A DNA stretch of 64,000 nt. It comes from Novosphingobium sp. Chol11. Its GTDB lineage: Bacteria; Pseudomonadota; Alphaproteobacteria; Sphingomonadales; Sphingomonadaceae. The position numbers and the translations under genes were made by a program. The stretch lies in contig NZ_CAMBTS010000001.1 in the NCBI RefSeq assembly GCF_945870625.1, positions 28,432-92,431 of the forward strand. The letters run 5' to 3'. Of this stretch, positions 1 to 8,952 are shown one piece after another (position 1 is the stretch's first letter; each line of letters opens with the position of its first letter). The notes beneath the pieces were generated by a model that saw only the letters and a list, made by a program, of their open reading frames with translations, ran no database searches and was not told where the DNA came from.

Positions 1-801
1 CAGATGATCCGCCGAAAGTGCCCCGTAATGCGCTGCTAATGCCGCGCTATTGCTGTTGGAAAGCTGCTCTGCATGGAGCTTGACCGGCAATCCGTGGGCC
101 TTTGCTGCCGTGAAAATGCGGTCCACTTGCGCCGTGCTAAATCCGATTGTCTCGCAAAAAGCGTCCACCGCGTCGGCCAGACCGGCTTTGGCAATGGCGG
201 GTAGCATGGTATTGCAGACCAGCTCGACATAACCGTCGGGATTGTCGGCATACTCGCTTGGCAAGGCATGCGCGCCCAGAAACGTGGTGCGGACCGACAC
301 CGGGCGCGCTCGCTCCAGCGCGCGCGCCGCACGCAACATCTTGATTTCATTGGCAAGGTTAAGGCCATAACCCGACTTGACCTCGATCGTGGTTGCGCCT
401 TCGCCGATCAGCGCATCAAGCCGGGGCAGGGCGCTGGCAGTAAGCTCAGCCTCGCTCGCGGCGCGGGTCGCCTTCACGGTTGAAATAATGCCCCCGCCAG
501 CGCGAGCGATCTCCTCATAAGATGCTCCCGCCAGCCGCAGTTCGAACTCGTGCGCCCGGTTGCCCGCGTGGACCAGATGGGTGTGGCAATCAATTAGGCC
601 GGGGGTGATCCAGCGCCCCGCACAATCAATGATATCCGGCGCATCGAGCGCGGGCGCGCCGGCCTTGGCTCCGGCATATAAGATGCGGCCATCGCGCGCG
701 GCCACCATGCCGTCCTCGATCAGGCCAAGGTCGGTGCCTGCCATCGTTGCCAAGCGGGCATTGCGCCAGATGCGATCACAGATGATGGATTCGGTGCTCA
801 T
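1..801 (-). CDS. hutI: Imidazolonepropionase (3' end runs off the window)
   Basis: Manual translation from ATG at 801: [20 protein letters not shown]...[37 protein letters not shown]...[10 protein letters not shown]...FLGAHA...DAFCE...KLHAEQLS...SADHL. These are HutI amidohydrolase motifs. Divergent from hutF. Confidence 0.95.
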   Translation of the reverse strand, partial: MSTESIICDRIWRNARLATMAGTDLGLIEDGMVAARDGRILYAGAKAGAPALDAPDIIDCAGRWITPGLIDCHTHLVHAGNRAHEFELRLAGASYEEIARAGGGIISTVKATRAASEAELTASALPRLDALIGEGATTIEVKSGYGLNLANEIKMLRAARALERARPVSVRTTFLGAHALPSEYADNPDGYVELVCNTMLPAIAKAGLADAVDAFCETIGFSTAQVDRIFTAAKAHGLPVKLHAEQLSNSNSAALAAHYGALSADHL

Positions 802-830
802 GGGCAAAGACAATTGCAAATTCGGCGATA

Positions 831-842
831 ATGTCTAGACAT
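831..842. promoter_or_regulatory. Probable HutC operator
   Basis: Perfect 12-bp palindrome ATGTCTAGACAT in the 74-bp hutI/hutF divergent gap; resembles the TGTA-N2-TACA type HutC box; hutC is adjacent. Confidence 0.75.
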
Positions 843-875
843 AAAATCGGTGCCATGCGGAAGGGAATGTCGGCC

Positions 876-2240
876 ATGCAGCATATCTGGTTTGAGGCCG
901 CGCTCCTTGCCGATGGCTGGGTCAGGGGCGTGCGCCTTGCGGTCGGCGAAGATGGTAGAATCGCTGCGCTCGTGTGCGGGGTTGAGGCGCAGGCTGATGA
1001 CCAGCGCGGCGGCATCGCCCTGCCGGGCCTTGCCAACGTACACAGCCACGCCTTTCAGCGCGGCATGGCCGGTCTGGCCGAATATCGCGGATCGGACAAT
1101 GACGACTTCTGGAGCTGGCGGGCGCTGATGTACCGGTTTCTCGACCGGCTTAACCCAGACGATATCGAGGCCATTGCCGCGCTGGCCTATGCCGAAATGC
1201 TTGAGACCGGGTTCACCCGCGTCGGTGAGTTTCATTATCTGCATCATGCCCCCGATGGCAGCGGCTATGCCGATCCGGCGGAACTGGCGGCGCGTATTGC
1301 AGCGGCAGCGGAGACGACCGGCATCGGGCTCACCTTGCTGCCGGTGTTCTATCGCTACGCCGGGTTTGACCGCCGTCCGCCCGAGCATGGGCATATCCGT
1401 TTCGTCACCGATTGCGATGGCTTTGCCCGCCTGTTCGAGCGCAGCCGGGCCGCGATTGCCGGATTGCCCGACGCCAATATCGGCATCGCTCCGCATAGCC
1501 TGCGCGCGGTGGATACCGGCGATCTTGCGGAGATCCTCTCGCTCGTGCCTGGTGGCCCGGTCCACATTCATGCCGCCGAACAGACCGGGGAGGTCGAGCA
1601 ATGTGTCGCAGCGCTGGGCGCTCGGCCAGTCGAGTGGTTGCTGGATCATGCCGGTGTCGACGCGCGCTGGTGCCTGATCCACGCCACCCACCTTGATCCG
1701 GCCGAGACCGCAAGGTTGGCCCGCAGCGGCGCAGTCGCAGGGCTGTGCCCGATCACCGAGGCCAACCTTGGCGACGGAATTTTCCCCGCGCCCGCCTTTC
1801 TCGCAAGCGGCGGTCGGTTCGCCATCGGCACCGACTCCAACATCGTGATCGATCCGGCGCGCGAATTGCAAACGATGGAATATGCGCAGCGGCTCGTCTT
1901 GCGCAAACGCAACCTTCTGGCGAGCAACACCGAGCCGTCCACCGGCTCGCGGTTGTTTGGCGGCGCGCTTTCGGGCGGTGCGCAGGCACTGGGCCAAAGC
2001 AGCGCGGGCCTTGCCATCGGCGCACCCGCCGACATCGTGGGCCTCGATCCAGATGCGCTCGCGATGGTTGGCCGGGGCCCCGAAATGGCGCTGGACAGCT
2101 GGATCTTTGCAGGCGGCCACGATGTGGTCTGCGATGTGTGGCGGCGCGGGCGGCACTTGGTGGTGGGCGGGCGACATATTGCGCGCGAAGAGATTGCGGC
2201 GCGCTATCAGCGCACGATGATCAAGCTGCTGAGCGATTGA
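876..2240 (+). CDS. hutF: Formimidoylglutamate deiminase
   Basis: PGLANVHSHAFQRGMAG, TRVGEFHYLHH, APHSLRAV, HIHAAEQ, CPITEANLGDG, IGTDSN motifs. Start set at ATG 876, after AAGGGA. Confidence 0.95.
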   Translation: MQHIWFEAALLADGWVRGVRLAVGEDGRIAALVCGVEAQADDQRGGIALPGLANVHSHAFQRGMAGLAEYRGSDNDDFWSWRALMYRFLDRLNPDDIEAIAALAYAEMLETGFTRVGEFHYLHHAPDGSGYADPAELAARIAAAAETTGIGLTLLPVFYRYAGFDRRPPEHGHIRFVTDCDGFARLFERSRAAIAGLPDANIGIAPHSLRAVDTGDLAEILSLVPGGPVHIHAAEQTGEVEQCVAALGARPVEWLLDHAGVDARWCLIHATHLDPAETARLARSGAVAGLCPITEANLGDGIFPAPAFLASGGRFAIGTDSNIVIDPARELQTMEYAQRLVLRKRNLLASNTEPSTGSRLFGGALSGGAQALGQSSAGLAIGAPADIVGLDPDALAMVGRGPEMALDSWIFAGGHDVVCDVWRRGRHLVVGGRHIAREEIAARYQRTMIKLLSD

Positions 2241-2956
2241 TGGGGGTGCCGCTTCCTTTGGGCCGCCGCATCCGCGCGGATATCGAAGCGCAGATCAAGG
2301 GAGGGCATTGGCCGCCGGGGTATCGCCTGCCGACCGAGCAGGAGCTGCAAACGCGCTATGGCTGTGCCCGCGCGACAGTGGGCAAGGCGCTCTCGGCTTT
2401 GGCCGATGCCGGGTTGGTTGAACGGCGCAAGAAGGCGGGTACGATTGTCGCGACGCCTCGCGCCCACACCGCTGTGCTGACCATTCCCGACATTGCAGAA
2501 GTGATGGCGGCGCGCGGACAGGCCTATCGGTTCGAGCTGACAGGCCGCGCGGTCCGTGCGGTCGATCCGGCGAGCAGCAATGAACGCGCATTGATGGCGC
2601 ATGGGGCGATGATCGCACTAGCGGGGATGCATCACGCCGATAGCAGCGTGTTTGCCCTCGAACGCCGCGTGATCAGCCTGGCGCAAGTGCCCGAGGCCGA
2701 GAGCGAGCCGTTTGTTCGGCAGGCGCCCGGTACCTGGCTATTGCAGCATATCCCTTGGACCAGAGCGCGGCATCGCATTTGCGCGGCAAGCCTCGCTGCT
2801 GAGGACGCGCGCGCGCTGGGTTTGCCGGAAGGTTCGGCGTGTCTGCGGCTGGAGCGCTGGACGTGGCGCGAGCTTGCCGGGATCACGTATGTCGAGCAGA
2901 CGTTTGCGGCGGATCAGTTCGATCTTATCGCCGAGTTTTCGCCCGGCGGCGTTTAG
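2240..2956 (+). CDS. hutC: Histidine utilisation repressor (GntR HTH + UTRA domain)
   Basis: W.PG.RLPTEQEL...YGCARATVGKAL..L...GLVERRKKAGT.V HTH, followed by a UTRA-like domain. ATG overlaps the hutF TGA. The ORF-track upstream extension is a shadow over hutF. Confidence 0.9.
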   Translation: MGVPLPLGRRIRADIEAQIKGGHWPPGYRLPTEQELQTRYGCARATVGKALSALADAGLVERRKKAGTIVATPRAHTAVLTIPDIAEVMAARGQAYRFELTGRAVRAVDPASSNERALMAHGAMIALAGMHHADSSVFALERRVISLAQVPEAESEPFVRQAPGTWLLQHIPWTRARHRICAASLAAEDARALGLPEGSACLRLERWTWRELAGITYVEQTFAADQFDLIAEFSPGGV

Positions 2957-4428
2957 TTTCCGCCAGATTCTGCCGGCTTGCCAAGTCTGGTGGGCACCGA
3001 CGCATCCTGCCAGCCGCCGCCCAGCGCCTTGAACAGGCTGATCTGCGCCTCGGCAACCGCGGCATCGGAGGCGGCGCGCGCGGCGCGCGCATTGGCGCGG
3101 TCGCTTTCGGCCTGGATCAGCTGCAGGAAATTGTCCGCCCCGGCATCGAAGCGCAGCCGCGAAAGCTGCGCGGCCTTGGTGCTCGAAGTTTCTGCGCGGG
3201 CTAGCGCAGCAGTGCGGTCCAGTGCCCCGGCATAGCGCGCCAGCGCCTGTTCGGTCTCATTAAGCGCAGTCAGCACCGCGCCATCAAAGCGCGCAAGGGC
3301 GGCATCGGCAGTTGCTCGCGACTGACGGATACGCGCGCGGGCGATCGTTTGATTGGGCAAGGTCCAGCTGATCAGTGGGCCGAATGAATAGCGCACGGCG
3401 GTCGGCTGGAAGAACTGGCTGCCGCGCGTGGCATTCTGGCCGATGCTGCCCATCAGCTGGATCTTGGGATAGAGTTCGGCAATCGCGACCCCGATCCGGG
3501 CGGTGTCGGCGGCAAGGCTGCGCTCGGCTGCGCGCACATCGGGGCGGCGCGCGATGAGCGCCGCGCCGTCGCCTGCCGGAATCGCTGCGGCGAGTTGCGG
3601 CGGCGCAGTGCACCGCGCGGCCTCGGCATCGATATCCTCGGGCGGGCGCCCGGTTAGCGTGGCAAGCGCATAGAGCGAGGCGCGTTGTTCGGCTTCGAAA
3701 GCGGGCAATTGCGCCTGAGCTTGCGCAAGCAGCACATCGGCGCGTTCGACATCGCGCCGCGTGCCGCGCCCGGCGTTGAACAAGGTCGTGGTCAGCTTGA
3801 AAGTGTTTTGCTGGAGATCGACTGTTTCGCGCGCCACCGCGCGCTGCGCAGCATTGGTGCAGGCGGCGACATAAGCCCGGGCAGTCTCTGCCGCGATGGA
3901 AACGCGCGCAGCGTCGAGCTGGGCAGCAGCGGCCTCGACATCGCCCCGGCTGGCCTCCACCGCGCGGCTTACGCCGCCGAACAAATCAAGCTCATAAGCG
4001 ACATCAAAGCCTGATTGGAACTGATCGAAGCGGAACGTGCGCACCTCGCGGCCGCCCGCGCCGAACGCTGCTGCCGAAGCGCTGTTGCTTTGCACGCGGT
4101 TGGCCTGCGCGGTTATATCGGTTGATGGCAGCTGCGCGCCGCGCTGTTCGGAAAGGATGGCGCGCGCCCGCGCCAGGTTTGCGGCGGCCTCGCGGATCGT
4201 GGTGTTGTGCGCAAGCGCCTCTGTCACCAGCCGGTCGATGACCGGGTCCTGATAGAGCTGCCACCAACGATCAGGCAGAGGCGCGGCCGAGATGGCCCCA
4301 AGGTTGCGCGCAGTTTCGGCCAGCGGGCCGATCGGCGTGCCGCCCGGAGGGGCAGGCTGCGCATACTTCGGCCCGACGACGCATCCGCCAAGCAGCGCGA
4401 TGAGCGCGAATGCGCAGAGGCACTTCAT
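2953..4428 (-). CDS. RND efflux outer-membrane lipoprotein (NodT/OprM/OprN family)
   Basis: Lipobox LLGGC, YELDLFG, RRPDVRAAE, ELYPKI.L.G motifs; last gene of the MFP-RND-OMF operon. Confidence 0.92.
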   Translation of the reverse strand: MKCLCAFALIALLGGCVVGPKYAQPAPPGGTPIGPLAETARNLGAISAAPLPDRWWQLYQDPVIDRLVTEALAHNTTIREAAANLARARAILSEQRGAQLPSTDITAQANRVQSNSASAAAFGAGGREVRTFRFDQFQSGFDVAYELDLFGGVSRAVEASRGDVEAAAAQLDAARVSIAAETARAYVAACTNAAQRAVARETVDLQQNTFKLTTTLFNAGRGTRRDVERADVLLAQAQAQLPAFEAEQRASLYALATLTGRPPEDIDAEAARCTAPPQLAAAIPAGDGAALIARRPDVRAAERSLAADTARIGVAIAELYPKIQLMGSIGQNATRGSQFFQPTAVRYSFGPLISWTLPNQTIARARIRQSRATADAALARFDGAVLTALNETEQALARYAGALDRTAALARAETSSTKAAQLSRLRFDAGADNFLQLIQAESDRANARAARAASDAAVAEAQISLFKALGGGWQDASVPTRLGKPAESGGN

Positions 4429-7400
4429 GGCAATGCCTCAGGCTCCGGCGCGCGCTGCGCCGGGGGTGGAGGCGGATCAGGATCGGGCTTGCGGCGGTTG
4501 AGCAGTTTGCTTGCCCTGTCGCCCAGCTTGCGGCTGATCACGTAGAAGCTCGGCGTGAACAGCAGCCCGAACGTCGTCACACCGATCATGCCGAAGAACA
4601 CGGCAACGCCCAGCGCGCGGCGCAATTCGGAACCCGGTCCCGAGCCGATGACCAGCGGCAATGTGCCCAGGATGAAGGCAATCGAAGTCATCAGGATCGG
4701 GCGCAGGCGCTGCGCGGCCGCATGTTCTGCAGCTTCGCGAAGGCCCATGCCGAAATCCTCATTCTGCTTGGCAAATTCGACGATGAGGATCGCATTCTTT
4801 GCTGCCAGCCCGATCAGCACAACCAGCCCGATCTGGGTCAGGATATTGTTATCGAGCCCCATCAGGTTCACCCCGACAATCGCCGCAAGCAGACACATCG
4901 GCACGATCAGGATCACCGCCAGCGGCAGCACAAGGCTTTCATAATTGGCCGCAAGCAGCAGGAACACGAACAATACGGCAAGGCCGAACACCAGGCTGCC
5001 GGTGTTGCCCGCTTGTTGCTGCGCATAGGCGAGTTCGGTCCATTCAAAGCGCATGCCCGCCGGCAAGGTCTCATCAGCGATCTTGGCCATGGTGACCAGC
5101 GATTGCCCTGAGGAGTAACCGTGCGCAGTGTCGCCTTGAAGTTCGGCCGAGGGGTAGAGATTATAGCGCACCACCCGATATGGCCCGCTGCTGTTCTTTA
5201 GCGTCATCACCGCATCGAGCGGCACCATCGCGCCCGAGGCCGAGCGGGTCCGCAGTTTTCCGATATCGGCGATGTCGTCGCGGTAAGGAGCGTCCGCCTG
5301 TGCGGTGACGCGGTAAGTCCGCCCCAGGAAATTGAAGTCGTTGATGTAGGTGGAGCCGAGATAGGTGCCAAGCGTGCTGAACACATTGGCGACCGGCACG
5401 CCAAGCTGCTCGGCGCGCTCGCGGTCGATATCGGCCTTGAGCCGCGGCGTGCGCACGTTGAAGGTGGTGAAAGCATTGGCGATGCCCGGGGTCTGGTTCG
5501 CCTTCATCATCATGGCAAAGGCGGCGCCTTCAAGCGCGGCATAGCCTTGATTTTGCCGATCTTCGATCAGCATCTTGAACCCGCCGCCGGTGCCCACGCC
5601 GCGCACTGGCGGCGGCGGGATGACAAGCACTACGCCATCAGTGATCGCGCCATAGGCCTTGCGCAGTTCATTGGCGACGGCGTCAGCATGGGGGCGTTCG
5701 CTGCTTGGCTTCAGCCCGATGAACATCGCGGCCGCATTGGGCGCGTTCGAGAAAGTTGCCCCATCGAGACCGGCAAAGGCGACCGTCGATACCGTCGCTG
5801 GGTTCTTGAGCGCCAGAGCCTGCACGCGCCGAAGTACTTCTGTCGTCCGATCAAGCGAAGAGCCGGGCGGCAATTGTGTGGCAACGATCAAATAGCCTTG
5901 ATCCTGCGCCGGAATGAACCCGGTGGGTGTCGCGGAAAATCGCCACGCGGCAAGGCCGATGAGCCCGGCATAAACGATGACGATCAGCCCCAGAGCACGC
6001 ACCGCGCGCGCCGTGAATTTGCCATAGCGGCGGCCAAGGCGATCGAAGCCAGCATTGAAACTGCGCGCAAAGCGGGTGCCGATCCCGCGCAACCCAGGCG
6101 GCGGAGGGCTCTCTGCATGCGGATTGGGCTTCAGGATCAGCGCTGCGAGTGCCGGCGACAAGGTGAGCGACACGAACGCAGAGATCGCGGTTGCCGATAC
6201 AATGGTCAGCGCAAACTGCTGATAGAACTGCCCCGAAATGCCCGGAATGAAGCTGGTCGGAATGAATACCCCGCACAGCACCAGCGCAATAGCGATGAGC
6301 GCGCCGCCAACTTCGTCCATCGTTTCATGCGCAGCGGCAAGCGGGCTCAGGCCCTTTTCCTCCATCAGCCGCTCGATATTCTCGACCACGACAATCGCGT
6401 CATCGACCACAATGCCGATGGCCAGCACCATTCCGAACAGCGAGAGATTGTTGAGCGAAAAGCCGAACAGCGCAAGTACGGCAAGCGAGCCGATCAACGA
6501 TACCGGAATGGCGATCAGCGGGATGACGGCCGCACGCCAGCTCTGCAGAAACAGCAGCACGACCAAGGCTACCAGAAAAAGCGCCTCGTACAAGGTTTCC
6601 TGAACCGCTTCGATCGAAGCTTCGATGTATTCGGTAGGATTGTAGGCGATCTGATAGGTCATACCCGGCGGGAAGCTTTGCGCCGAGAGCGCGATTTCAT
6701 CCTTTACCGCCTGCGCTGCTTTCAGCGCGTTCGATCCGGGCAGCTGGGTAAGGCACACGGTTGTCGTTGGCTGATTTGAAAAGAACGGGTTGATGCCATA
6801 ATCTTGCGCGCCAAGCTCGATCCGCGCGACATCGCGCAAGCGTGTCATCCGCCCTTGCGCGTCGCGCTTGACGACGATTTCGCCGAATTGGTCGGGGCGG
6901 GTCAGCCGGCCCTCGGTCTCGAGGCCAAGCTGGAAAGCAGTGCCCCCCTGATTGAACGGGGGTTGGCCGATTGATCCGATCGCAACTTGCGCGTTCTGTG
7001 CCCTTACAGCCCCCGTAATCTCATCGACCGTCAGATTGCGCACTGCGGCCAGATCGGGATCGATCCAAACGCGCATGTTGTAGTCGCGCGCACCAAAGAT
7101 GCGCGCGCCGCCGATGCCAGGAATGCGCGCGAGCCGATCTAGGATCTGGGTTGTCGCGTAATTCGAGATGTATTGCTGGCTCAGCGTCTTGTCTGGTGAA
7201 AACAGCGAGGCGCAGAGCAGCAGATCGGGCGTGTTCTTGCGTGTAGTCACGCCAATTTGGCGAACCTGCTCGGGCAGTCGCGGCTCGGCAGTGGCGACGC
7301 GGTTTTGCACGAGCACTTGGGCTTGATCCACTTTGGTGCCGGGCTTGAAGGTGACCGTGATCGCAATCGCGCCGTCGCCGGTGGACGAGGAGGACATGTA

Positions 7401-7634
7401 CAGCATGTTCTCAACGCCGTTGATCGATTCCTCAAGCGGTGCCGCCACGGTTTCGGCCAGCGTTTCGGCATTGGCACCGGGATAGTTGGCGCTGACAACC
7501 ACCGTCGGCGGCGCAATCTCAGGATACTGCGCAACGGGCAAGCCCGGATAGGCAACCAGCCCGAATACGATGATGAGCACCGAAAGCACGGCCGAGAAGA
7601 TCGGCCGGTCGATGAAGAAGTGCGGAAAGCGCAT
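4425..7634 (-). CDS. RND efflux permease (AcrB/MexF-like, HAE1)
   Basis: 1069 aa; FFIDRPIF start, proton-relay motifs IGIVVDDAIVVVEN, GLAAKNAILIVEF and RLRPILMTS; Pro-rich C-terminal tail. Confidence 0.95.
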   Translation of the reverse strand: MRFPHFFIDRPIFSAVLSVLIIVFGLVAYPGLPVAQYPEIAPPTVVVSANYPGANAETLAETVAAPLEESINGVENMLYMSSSSTGDGAIAITVTFKPGTKVDQAQVLVQNRVATAEPRLPEQVRQIGVTTRKNTPDLLLCASLFSPDKTLSQQYISNYATTQILDRLARIPGIGGARIFGARDYNMRVWIDPDLAAVRNLTVDEITGAVRAQNAQVAIGSIGQPPFNQGGTAFQLGLETEGRLTRPDQFGEIVVKRDAQGRMTRLRDVARIELGAQDYGINPFFSNQPTTTVCLTQLPGSNALKAAQAVKDEIALSAQSFPPGMTYQIAYNPTEYIEASIEAVQETLYEALFLVALVVLLFLQSWRAAVIPLIAIPVSLIGSLAVLALFGFSLNNLSLFGMVLAIGIVVDDAIVVVENIERLMEEKGLSPLAAAHETMDEVGGALIAIALVLCGVFIPTSFIPGISGQFYQQFALTIVSATAISAFVSLTLSPALAALILKPNPHAESPPPPGLRGIGTRFARSFNAGFDRLGRRYGKFTARAVRALGLIVIVYAGLIGLAAWRFSATPTGFIPAQDQGYLIVATQLPPGSSLDRTTEVLRRVQALALKNPATVSTVAFAGLDGATFSNAPNAAAMFIGLKPSSERPHADAVANELRKAYGAITDGVVLVIPPPPVRGVGTGGGFKMLIEDRQNQGYAALEGAAFAMMMKANQTPGIANAFTTFNVRTPRLKADIDRERAEQLGVPVANVFSTLGTYLGSTYINDFNFLGRTYRVTAQADAPYRDDIADIGKLRTRSASGAMVPLDAVMTLKNSSGPYRVVRYNLYPSAELQGDTAHGYSSGQSLVTMAKIADETLPAGMRFEWTELAYAQQQAGNTGSLVFGLAVLFVFLLLAANYESLVLPLAVILIVPMCLLAAIVGVNLMGLDNNILTQIGLVVLIGLAAKNAILIVEFAKQNEDFGMGLREAAEHAAAQRLRPILMTSIAFILGTLPLVIGSGPGSELRRALGVAVFFGMIGVTTFGLLFTPSFYVISRKLGDRASKLLNRRKPDPDPPPPPAQRAPEPEALP

Positions 7635-7641
7635 TGGCGGT

Positions 7642-8850
7642 TTACTTGGCCTGCGCTTCGGCAGCGGGCGGGGCCGAAATCGGTATCGAAACTGGCGCGG
7701 TATTGGCAGCGCGCGGCTTGAGCGAGATCTGGGTGGCCGTCACGGGCATGCCGGGCTGGAGCCGGGTCAGACCGTTGATCACCACGCGGTCGGTGGGCGC
7801 AATGCCCTCCCTGATCACGCGCAGGCCTTCGATGGGCGGACCGGTCACAACCGGGCGCGGCGCAACTTTGCCATCCTTGCCGACGACATAAACCAGCTTG
7901 CGCGTCTGATCGGTGATGATCGCCTCGTCCGGGACCAGCATCGCGTGATAGGTGCCCGAGCCAAGCAGCCGCGCCCGTCCGAACAAGCCGGGCGTCAGGA
8001 ACCCGGTGGGATTGGCGACAACTGCGTGGGCGCGGATCGTTCCAGAATTGGGGTCGATCGCGTTATCGACAAACTGCATCCGGCCACGCCAGCGATAGCC
8101 ACCTTCGTCGGCGAGTTGGATCTCGACCGGATTTGGGGTGTCGCGCGACGATCCGCGCGAGCCTTCCTGATCCTGTCGGAGGTACTTGAGATAAAACGAC
8201 TCGGCCCCATCGAACGAAAACCAGATCGGATCGGTGGAGATGACGCGCGTGAGCACAGTCTGTCCTTCGGTGACCAGATTGCCCCGGCTTACTTTTCGAT
8301 CGGAAACCCGGCCAGTGATCGGCGAAGTGACATTGGTAAAGCCCAGATTGAGCGCCGCGATGGCCACGGCGGCGCGTCCTGCTGCGACATCGGCGCTGCT
8401 GCTACGCGTCGCTGCCAGCTTGGCCTCATATTCCTCCTTGGAGATCGCCTGTGCGTCGAGCAACGTCTTGGCGCGCGCGAACTCGCTGCTGCCATTGGCC
8501 TGCGCCGCGCGCGCTTTGGCCAACTGCGCTTCCGCTTGGGCCAGCGCTGCGCGATAAGGGCGCGGATCGATGATGAACAGGGTCTGCCCCTGCCGCACGA
8601 TCTGGCCGTCGGAAAACAGCACCCGGTCAATCGCGCCCGATACGCGCGGGCGAAGCTCGACATCCTGAATAGCCTCGAACCGGCCGATGTATTCGTCCCA
8701 GTCGACGATATTGCGCTGCAGCGCGGTCGCCACGGTCACTTGCGTCGGCGGCGGTGGCGGCGGCGCAGAATTGGAGCATGCCGCTGTGTTCACGAGCAGC
8801 AGCGCCAGCATTGCCCCAGCCGCCCGCCGATCAAAAAACACCTGCATCAT
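7642..8850 (-). CDS. RND periplasmic adaptor (membrane fusion protein)
   Basis: Lipobox TAAC, ELRPRVSGAI..V.F.DGQ.V..GQ.LF.IDPRPY, SPITGRV, D..SGTI..RA motifs. Confidence 0.93.
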   Translation of the reverse strand: MMQVFFDRRAAGAMLALLLVNTAACSNSAPPPPPPTQVTVATALQRNIVDWDEYIGRFEAIQDVELRPRVSGAIDRVLFSDGQIVRQGQTLFIIDPRPYRAALAQAEAQLAKARAAQANGSSEFARAKTLLDAQAISKEEYEAKLAATRSSSADVAAGRAAVAIAALNLGFTNVTSPITGRVSDRKVSRGNLVTEGQTVLTRVISTDPIWFSFDGAESFYLKYLRQDQEGSRGSSRDTPNPVEIQLADEGGYRWRGRMQFVDNAIDPNSGTIRAHAVVANPTGFLTPGLFGRARLLGSGTYHAMLVPDEAIITDQTRKLVYVVGKDGKVAPRPVVTGPPIEGLRVIREGIAPTDRVVINGLTRLQPGMPVTATQISLKPRAANTAPVSIPISAPPAAEAQAK

Positions 8851-8952
8851 GCCAGCCCTTGGAAATACAACATCTTAGATCGCCCTGTTAACGCCCTTCA
8901 ACCATTAGGGTTGCAAGCACAATACGCTTGTCCAGCATTATGGTTAAAGGGA

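Noticed and set aside
1745-2956. Apparent N-terminally extended or fused proteins in the ORF track (1745-2956, 24103-25914, 46148-47539, 47915-49270, 54485-56476)
   Set aside because: The extensions are open frames running over neighbouring genes. Internal starts with an SD or a stop-start overlap give normal-length HutC, GMC, pirin, hydratase and HD-GYP proteins.
8940-8947. CtrA-associated TTAACCAT 8-mer upstream of the RND operon
   Set aside because: A single half-site, overlapping the emrB terminator/RND promoter zone, with no partner at the right spacing.
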